Below, piece after piece: positions 54,311 through 64,000 of a stretch of DNA of 64,000 nucleotides. The stretch's first letter is position 1. Every line of letters starts with the position of its first letter. The notes beneath the pieces are model-generated. The model did not search any database, was not told the origin of the DNA, and saw only the letters and a program-made list of their open reading frames with translations. A program made the translations under genes and the position numbers. Location of the stretch: positions 43,028,001 to 43,092,000 of the forward strand of contig OX597815.1 in the NCBI GenBank assembly GCA_951406725.2. Reading direction: 5' to 3'. This stretch comes from Octopus vulgaris (Eukaryota).

Positions 54311-54829
54311 TGACGAAACTAAAAAAAAAAAGAGAGAGAGAGAATATAGTGGTACTTGTGTTCCAGAGATACGATGAGAGGGTTCAGGAGAAGGATAGGA
54401 AGATGGGATTGATGGGAAGAAAGATAACAGGAAAGGAAAGAACGAGTAATGAAAAGATAAATTGGGAGTATGAAGTGAATGCTTGGCAGGAAATGAAACA
54501 AAACACATATCTTACCTACGCACTGGTCAAGTAGGAAAAAGATGAGTGATAGAAAGTTGGTTGGTCTTTTGGTACCAAAAAGTGAAGAGAGACAGAGTGG
54601 AGTAGAGAAGTTTGGAGAACAGCAAGCACGAAGAAAGAGGGGACTAAAGATAAAGTAGGTAGTTGATAGATATGGGCAGAGGAAGAAATGGAAGGTAGTA
54701 AAGGGAGAAAAGCAGCAGATAAGTAGAGAGGCAGGTAGAAATAGATGATGAAGGTTTTGCGCACAAGAGAGGAGAGGAGAAGGATAGAGAAATGGATAGA
54801 AAAGAGAAAATCTCACAGCGAATATTGAA

Positions 54830-55500
54830 CATTGCCACTGACTGGGATAAGCTCTTTAGACATGGGTGTGCGCCCGCACCGGTTTGTGCAAGATGCGAGC
54901 AGGACAGTGAAACTGCCCTGCACGCGATTGTGCGATGCCCCAAGGTGACTGAGATCTGGGCTTACGTCGAACAGCTGCTGTCGCATTCGAGAGGAGTACA
55001 ACTGTCGAGCGAATCTGTAATTAAGATCGTTCCGCCGACCTCCCTGAATAGGGAGGGGCGAGCCTGTTTTCTCTCGGTAGGTGCTGTGGCGAAAGAGGTA
55101 GTATGGAAGACGAGAGTGAAAGGAATTGCAACAGGCATGTTCATCTCCAGTCTCGGGCTAATCGACTTTTTCGTTTTCCACATGAAACGGAAAATAAGGC
55201 TGGAGAAGAAATGCCTGTGGCAAAGTGTGTTTCGTAAAGTATGTAGCGAGTGAAAGAACCTGTTTAAACGAGAATATAAAAAGGAGAAAGCAAAGTCTTC
55301 AGTGTCAGTATGTGGTTTTGGGGGTCGACCGCGTCCTCCGCTTCATTTTTTGTAAATCACTCATTTTCATTTAATTGTATATATTTTAATTGTTTGTTTA
55401 TTCATACATTTTTTCTCATTCGATACCCTGACCCCAATGTTTGTTTTGTCTGTCTTCGCATCGACCCCTCTTTTTCTCAGCCTCATGGTTAATAAAGAAA
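54830..55500 (+). mobile_element. L1/Tx1-clade LINE 3' end
   Basis: CARCEQDSETALHAIVRCPKVTEIW (CCHC zinc finger), AKEVVWKTR, T-rich 3' UTR ending AATAAAGAAA. Confidence 0.8.
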
Positions 55501-55790
55501 GTGACTGGGAACAGAAGTGGGGTGTGTGACATTACGTTGACCAATAACCATAAAATATTGCACAGAAAGTCGACATGTATATGTATGAATGTATGTATGT
55601 ATGTAGAGAGAGAGGAAGAGAAAGAGAGAAACAAGGAGAGAACACCTAGCATTGTAGGTGTTCTAACACCCTCTTACATATTTAATGATAATTATAGTTT
55701 TCCTTTTTGGTGATACATTGCTAAATCGCTGGTAAGATCAGACGCGATGGATATATATTATCGTATATTTCAAATATTGAATATATATGA

Positions 55791-55853
<63 letters not shown>

Positions 55854-56716
55854 TGTGCGCGCGTGTGTGTATAATATTAAATTAATAATAGAAGGGTAAA
55901 ATTAATTAATTAATTAATTAACTAATTAATCAATAATTTTACCAAGTAGATTCTACGTTAAAATAACATTTATAGGTAAAATTATCCACATAATTATAAT
56001 TAGGGTTCAGCTAATTGCTTCCCGACATACCGAATTTAGAAATAGGAGTTAAAATTCTTTTTCTGCTACTATAAGAATCTCCATGAGGGTAACATACTTC
56101 TTTTCGAAGGCAAAGAGAAAAACAATGAATCAACACGACGAGTATTAACTATATACGCATTTCGAGATTAAAGTGATTTAAATTTTACTTACTTCTGTCT
56201 TCAATATAGTATTTCCAATTTATAATTTTTTGAAAAGTGACATTTATCCCCCCATGGAGTGACCAGCTGGGTTTGCCATTTCTAAAAGCCAAGAATCATT
56301 TACTATTGAAAGACTGACCAGCTGCAAAGATGTCAACACATTTTTTCTTCTTTCTTTCCTCCTGCTTCCTTTCCTTCTCTTTTCCATTGACACACTTTTC
56401 AGATACAAAAGCGCGCACACACACGCGCACTCTCTCTCTCACTTTCTCCCCATTCCTCACGCTCTTGTACTATCTTATATCTCCCTCCACCCCTACACAC
56501 TCAATAATACTACAAAAAGAGACAAAATTTCAGAAAAAGTTCAATCTGATGACTCCACTAGAGTGGACGCAAGCGCTATATATGATATATATGATTTATA
56601 AAAACATGTGACATTAATAAATATCTGTAAATATAAAACCATCCAGATTTCTGAGTACCTTATTTCTTCTAATATATATATTAGAGAGTATATATATATA
56701 TATATATATATATATA

Positions 56717-56902
56717 CGAGAATGAAGCAACAAGAATGGATAGGTTTTTAGTACAATCGTTTCATACAAGGACAGGTTTTATTAAAAGTTGCAAAAATTA
56801 CAACTTTTGCAACTTTTGCAACTTTTGCAACTTTTAATAAAACCTGTCCTTGTATGAAACGATTGTACTAAAAACCTATCCATTCTTGTTGCTTCATTCT
56901 CG
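56717..56902. repeat. Perfect 80-bp inverted repeat with 26-bp spacer
   Basis: 56717-56796 is the exact reverse complement of 56823-56902. The spacer consists mostly of AACTTTTGC repeats. Confidence 0.95.
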
Positions 56903-57146
56903 CTTATAATCACCCCACATTACTGTATTGTTAAATCAGTATAGTTTTTTTGGTGCATCTAAGTTAGGTACCATATTCAAGTAAATTCATTTAAATTAAC
57001 TTGAATCTTTATTGCTTTTTGTATATATATATATATATATAAATTCGGGGTGAGTACTTGATAATTATAAGCAGCTGTGTATACCGTTTGGTGGTGTAGG
57101 TGGTGGAGTAAATTGATCAAAATAAAAACATGATGCCAAGGATTCA

Positions 57147-57224
57147 GCGGTACATATGTTTCGGGCCTTTATTAGACAGATTTATAACAATGCATAATGT
57201 ATGTCTGTGGCCTTCTTCAGCCGC
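57147..57224 (-). ncRNA. Type I hammerhead ribozyme candidate with intact core and long stem II loop
   Basis: GCGG-CTGAAGA-AGGCC-(41 nt)-GGCCC-GAAA-CATATG-TA-CCGC. Confidence 0.7.
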
Positions 57225-57849
57225 GCACAACAGCTTCCACAAGGACATGTGTTACATCAAAAATTCTTGGTTGGGGATGCAAATCCTCTCATTCGCGTAC
57301 GACATAATGCGGTAACAGCATAGAATTGAAGCGTCCATCTCTTTCTTCTCTCAATGTAGAATGAGGAAATTTGGATGTTGAAGTAATGTAAATAAATTAA
57401 TAAATAAATACATATATAGACGTGAAGGAACCTGGTTATAAGAGTAAATAGGGGTAAAGATGGAGGGGCGAGAATTCAGGACGAAGGATAAAAAATATAT
57501 AAAAAGTGTAAGTATAGAAAAATATAAAAATGTAGAGTATAAAGATATAAAGAGATATAAGGAGATATAAAGGGGATATAAAGAATATAAAAAAATATAA
57601 ATGAATATAAAGGCATAAGGTTATAAAGTAAAAATAGAAATAGAAATAAAAGTAAAAAAATAAAAATAGGAATAAAAATGATAAAAATGTAAAAAAATAT
57701 AAAGATAAGGGATGTATAGAGGTTACGGACCAAACATGGTGGTCAGGAAAATGACAAAATTTAGTTGTAGAAGCTTTGGGTGTCAATAAATCAACAGGGG
57801 CGTCTGGGGACCTAGTGTATTGTAAATCAGAGCTGTTGAGCAGTTAATC

Positions 57850-57891
<42 letters not shown>

Positions 57892-57934
57892 CATGTGTGT
57901 GTGTGTGTGTGCATGTGTGTGTGTGTGTATTTAC

Positions 57935-57978
<44 letters not shown>

Positions 57979-57984
57979 GTAAAT

Positions 57985-58031
<47 letters not shown>

Positions 58032-58708
58032 GAAGGTTTCTCCTTTGTCTCGAACTCACATGTCTTGTATACATGTCTACAGATGTGAGTTCGGGTCTCA
58101 CGAGCTGTCTCCGACTGCCATATATATGTTTGTATATATACATATATAAATATAATACATGTATGTATGTATACACACAACACATGCGCAGATATATTGA
58201 TGGTCATTTTGGTTAGTTGAGAACGGCAAGAGAAGTGAAGATAAAAAGTAAGACTAGAAATACTTGAGACAGAAATAAAGAAATGAATAAATAAATAAAT
58301 AAATAAATAATGTATAAGACAAAAGATAAGTCAAGTAAACAGAAATGAACTTGAGACAAGAGGAAAAACTGGAAATGGGGGCAGAAAAGGAAACAGAAAG
58401 AAAAAATAAAGAAGGGAGAAGGGAAGAGAAGTGGATTAAAGAAAGGTTAAGGGAGTAAACGAGAAGAGAAAGACAGACATTGGAATTGACACTATTGGTA
58501 ATGAAACCAGAAGAAATATTCTTGACAGCGTGTAGGTTATTGGATAAGTGTGCCAATTATATTGAGAGGGGCCTTCAAAACACAGCTAACATAATAGAAT
58601 ATACGAACGTATACGTACAGAACTTATACTGCCTATGTACTCATGCTATACGCACAGATATAAAATGTCTATGAACTTAAATACATACATGTGTACATTA
58701 CATACATT

Positions 58709-58771
<63 letters not shown>

Positions 58772-58891
58772 GTGTGTGTTGTTCCATAAACAACCTTGCC
58801 CAGACTTGTGCCTCGGAGAGTAACTTTCTAAGTGCAATCCCATGGTCATTCATGACCGAAGAGGGTCACAACAACAATATATATATATATA

Positions 58892-58953
<62 letters not shown>

Positions 58954-60053
58954 GATATACATACATATATATTTACACACACATATTTACATGCATGCAT
59001 TCATACACACTTTCATTCAGCGACTCTATATACCTAAGGCGTAAAAATACGTATTCATACTACTGCAGAAGGAAAATATCTAATTAGATATGAAATCTAC
59101 ATGTATGCAATGTCGGTACGTACACTCAACCTATTTTATTAAATAAGGAAGCCAAAAACTTTTTTTTCATTAATAGAAAACATTGATCCTTGTTTATCTT
59201 AGGCTAAACAATTCCTGTAGACACGTGCCACTTGTCAGTCAGTAAGTCATGTGACAAGATGGTCTGCATAATGTCATTAATTTTGAAACTACAAAAAAAA
59301 CCCCACTAAACAATTCTTTCTCTTCCGAAGAAGAACATGGCATTAAAAATGTAATCGAAAATAACCAGTAAGCTGATATGAACGTTCTATTTTAGGTTGC
59401 TTGTAGAAGAAATTAGAATAACAGAATATATCCAGGTCATTTAGGTATTGGATTTCCTGGTGTTTGTTTATTTATTCATTCGTTCAAGGATGCTCTATTA
59501 TCATATAAAGATTTTAGCTTGATGAAGATACTGATAGTGTAGTGTATATTAACAAAAGGGTCACAGTTAGTTCGTGGACAAGATGTCGTCCGTACAAATG
59601 ATGGATTTTTAATTCGTAACTTGTTATTTGACACGGAACGTAACTCTGCTTGGTTTTAAAGACACCAACTGTGAAACAACTCAGCTGTAGACAAAGAAAT
59701 CATAAAAATTGTCGAATAATTGGTTTGTTTAAAATCCCAAAATTGAAGTCTTCTTCGGTTGACTGAGATGGTTGACACGTGTGATACATAATGTCTTCAT
59801 ATTCCACCAGAAAAATATTCTTATTTTCTCTCATCTCCGGTACCTTCCCCTTCACACACTTATGTAACAAGGAAAGATTGAGGAATTAACAGATGTTATT
59901 GCTGGCATTATGGTAGAAACGAATCAAACGATCTCGTCTTTTGTGGCGCGAAAGTGCTACTTTCAAAGTTAGAAGTGAAGAAGAAATAGATATATGTCAT
60001 TAGAAGATTTAAAATTTAACCAGTTTTCTAGACATGAAATTATTTTTAAAATT

Positions 60054-60211
60054 AGGAGTGGCTGTGTGCTAAGTAGCTTGCTTACCAACCACATGGTTCT
60101 GGGTTCAGTGCCACTGCGTGGCAGCATGGGCAAGGGCCTTCTACTATAGCCTCGGACCGACCAAAGCCTTGTGAGTGGATTTGGTAGACGGAGTCTGAAA
60201 GAAGCCCGTCG

Positions 60212-60288
<77 letters not shown>

Positions 60289-60506
60289 TTGTGTGTCTGT
60301 TTTTGTCCCCCCCCCAACATCGGTTGACAACCGATGCTGGTGTGTTTACGTCCTCGTAACTTAGCGATTCGGCAAAAGAGACCGATAGAATAAATGCTAG
60401 ATTTACAAAGAATAAGTCCTGGGGTCGATGTGCTCAATTAAAGGCGGTGCTCCAGCATGGCCACAGTCAAATGACTGAAACAAGTAAAAGAGAGTAAAAG
60501 AGAGTA
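60054..60506 (+). mobile_element. Full-length family A SINE
   Basis: Consensus match. Confidence 0.9.
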
Positions 60507-60944
60507 CAATTAGCGTGAGCAAAATTAATAAAAATTTAAATGCTTTAATTTGATGCTATCGGGTTGTTTTAATCTTTGTGTGTTTCTGTTGTTGTCCGTA
60601 AAGATACGTAAATAAGAGTTGGTCCCTAATAATGGGTCTGGAGTTCGTTTCCCATAAAGTACACTGTGGTGTTTCTGCCTTTAAAGCTAAGAGAAACTGT
60701 AACCTTTTCCAGTCTTCATAATTGTAGAATAGACTTATGTTCAACTAAACACTTCGCAGTTGAAAAATAGATAGGTCAAACTAACGATCTGACTTAAGAA
60801 ATATGAGAGTAAACTAAAATTCATGCTCCACTATTTTTTTTATAGTTTGGTTATATACATTTGTAAGAAATTCGTCTCACCACCTGACAAAACAGAAAAG
60901 AATGAATAAAAGTAGCACATTCTTGCTTTGTTATTTAAAATTTC

Positions 60945-61207
60945 TCAGGCATGGCTCTGTGTGTTTTACCGTTTGACAACCGGTGTTGATCTATGTCGCT
61001 GTAACTTAGCGGTTCGGCAGAAGGGATCGAACAAAATAAGTATCAAGCTTTTTAAAAAATATGTACTGGGGTACATTCGTTCGACTAAATGGTTACGAGT
61101 TCAGTCTCACTGCGTGGCACCTTTGGCAAGTGTCCCTTACTAGAGTCCAGGGCGAATCAAAACATTTTGAATGGATTTGGTAGAAAACTGAAAGAAGCTT
61201 GACGTAT

Positions 61208-61253
<46 letters not shown>

Positions 61254-61550
61254 ACACATACACACACATGAATATATATATTTATGCGTGTGTGTGTGTG
61301 TGTGTGTCTATGTGTGTGTTTGAGTTTTTCCCCCACTACCGCTTAACAACCGGTGTTGATTTAAGTCGCCGTAAGCTAGCGGTTCGGCAGAAAGGATCGA
61401 ACAGAATAAGTATCAGGCTTTTTTTTTTTAAGTACTGGGATACTTTGAGGCGTTGCAGAATCGGCAGAGTATTGGACTAAACATATTGCAGTATTTAATT
61501 TTGTCATTGTGCGTTCAAATCTCACGGAGGTTGACTTTGCCTTTCATGTT
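60945..61550 (+). mobile_element. Rearranged family A SINE composite followed by a family B fragment
   Basis: Order is 3' half, 5' half, microsatellite, 3' half, then family B. Confidence 0.7.
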
Positions 61551-62740
61551 TCAATTTAATAGACTATAGGGGGGAGTGGGGCATAACGTGTCATTTGTCA
61601 GATTTTCATAATTTTTTCTCTACTCCAAATCAGGAAGTATGATGTAGTAGTCATTATGAATTGCATGATCCATCCTGCTAATGTACATGTATTCTCTTTG
61701 ATGATACATTTGCAAATTCCTTCTTCTGGATCACAGACTTCAAGCATAAGAACAACTAAATTTCGATTGTCAAAATGAAACTTCGCGGCAGTGCAAGAAG
61801 TACTGCTCACTTGAATCTTTTGCACTAGAAATATGTTCAGAGTATATTCTTTACCTATATTGTGTTGGATAAAGAGAATATCCTCGGAAATTCTGAAGTT
61901 ATAGGAAAGTGGGGCATAATACAAGCTGGCATTTGTTTCAATATTAAAATTATATGGCATATTTCATAACGACCATGTATATACAAACTGCTATGATGTA
62001 GGTAGGATCAACTATTGTTTACTTTTGACTTCAACAACCTCTTTCATGAAATTATTTGCATAATTTGACATTTCATTTTATAGATCAACTCAAATATCAT
62101 CATCTGTGGTCATTTGCAATGACTCGAGGAAAGATTCCAAAGTACCATTTGCTAGCTTTTGCCTTACTTCTATTCGATACATTCAGCAATACGTACAAAA
62201 CAGTATGTAAAAGTACAGAAATATCTCACATTCAACGGTGTAAACACTACTTCTTTACAGTTTTTTTTTACTTCTGGTATTAAAAAGCACATATAAACCT
62301 TCGTTTTGATTATTTTTCAGTAAAGAAAAAGAACGTTATATGGTCTTGGTGAGAAATAAAAAATACGAATGCAAGATATTATAGGGAAAGGTCAAAGTTC
62401 GAGACCTTCTGACTACTGGTGACTTTTTTACAAAATAAATTTGATTGTCATTTGCATGAACTTGTAGATCTTGACCAGGTAATCATTTTAAGAGGTCATT
62501 TGAGATATTTTCGAGAAGAATTGCAAAGTTAGAGCTGTTTGAATTTTCCCTATCCCTAATTTTCTGCCTTCAGCTGTAAAGGTGGGCGAGATCAAAAAGT
62601 CCATGGTGGGTATCTTCCATTCTATATTTTTTTTTTCTGGCAACATCAATTTTCTGACTTGTTAGACCCAGGTCTACATGAAAATACCCATTAAGGTAAA
62701 TCACAAGGGGGAGCATCGTGACCCTCACTATCCCATGGTC

Positions 62741-62827
<87 letters not shown>

Positions 62828-62941
62828 ACATCTCTCACTTATATATATATATATATAGGGTAAAAAAATAAGAGTGCGTGCGTTAGGATTAAAATAAAAA
62901 GATTAAACAAAAAGAAGTCAACAAACGGAAAATATGGTATA

Positions 62942-62974
<33 letters not shown>

Positions 62975-62979
<5 letters not shown>

Positions 62980-63480
62980 CCAATGAGTTACAAGTCTGTT
63001 TATTCTGGTAATATAAAAATCTGGAGTTCTGGATCTGATGAACCCTTTGAACGCATTATTAGCAATCGGTTTTATTTTTGAACTCCTCTTGCAGGGAACC
63101 ACCAAGGCGCTTGAAAAAGTGGTTGTCAGTAGGAGAAAGGTCTGGGGAATAAGCTGGGTGGGGAAGAACTTCGTAGCCAAGTTACCTCAACTTCTGGAGC
63201 ATCATTAGTGAAATGTGTGGCCGAACATTGTCATGAAGACTGATTGGCCTTCTTTTGTTGACCAGTCTGGAACGCACGAGTAGCAGCTTTTCCTTCATTT
63301 TGGCAATTTGATAGCCATATGTTTCTGCAAAAATGGTTTTTCCGCGTTTTAAGAAGTTACAGTGGAAGAGTTCAGCAGTACACCACCAAACAGTCATCAT
63401 AACCTTCCTTTTGAAGAGATCGGGTTTAGGGAAAGATTTTGGTGTACAGAATCCACTTTTCATCGCAAGTTACAATTGTT
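62975..63480 (-). pseudogene. Mariner transposase C-terminal remnant
   Basis: KVMMTVWW...LHDNVRPH...SPDLSPTDNHFFK...RLVTHWQ. Confidence 0.85.
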
Positions 63481-63916
63481 AGATCTTTGTGGTTTTCGTC
63501 ACCGTTTACAATTTTGCTCCAATTGTTTTCAAATTTGGTATGTGGAATAAGTTTTGTATACTAATTATGAAAATGAAATTCATAATTAAAAAGTTATTAG
63601 ACTTCAAAATTTGCAAAATTTGGGTATTTTTAGCCAGTCTGAAGCGAATAGTTTACACGTCGCTGTGGGGAAAAAATCTGTGTACATTGTAACGAAAGAT
63701 GCTGCACATGCGCACAAAGAGGAGAAGGAGATACGAGAAAGATAATCTTACTTTAATAATACTCTCGTGTTTTCTCTATCACAACATATGAATGAGAAAG
63801 AAAGGGGTGATAGATAAATAAGGAAGGAGTAATGGCAAATTGGTAGTGGGGGCGTTTCAACTCTGTGTGAGTATATGTATATGTAAAAAGGGGGGAGTAT
63901 TTGAATGTTTGCGTGT

Positions 63917-63987
<71 letters not shown>

Positions 63988-64000
63988 GGAAGTGGGATGG

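Noticed and set aside
57436-57786. Hydrophobic F/Y/I-rich ORFs
   Set aside because: Low-complexity A-rich tract, not a membrane protein gene.
61560-62741. Possible TIR element (TAGACTATAGGGGGGAGTGGGG ... CCCTCACTATCCCATGGTCTA)
   Set aside because: The ends match only loosely and no transposase remnant is recognisable.

Overview
AT-rich, microsatellite-dense eukaryotic non-coding DNA. The tRNA-derived SINE families and the (TA)n/(CA)n/(TATG)n density suggest a coleoid cephalopod, probably an octopus; this is an inference. No intact protein-coding gene is supported. Almost all listed ORFs are translated microsatellites or decayed mobile elements. DNA transposon relics include Tc1/mariner types (DD37E, DD37D, DD34D) and several MITEs. 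Retroelement relics include a Neptune-type Penelope element, R4/Dong, CRE, RTE, CR1 and L1/Tx1 LINE fragments, and at least four SINE families. The most notable signal is about ten minimal type I hammerhead-ribozyme-like motifs. Most lie in short Penelope-terminus-like units, many next to (TA)n arrays. They include a ~210-bp three-copy family and one near-intact long-stem-II hammerhead at 57147-57224. The window also has several long inverted repeats and a head-to-head pair of tandem SINE arrays.
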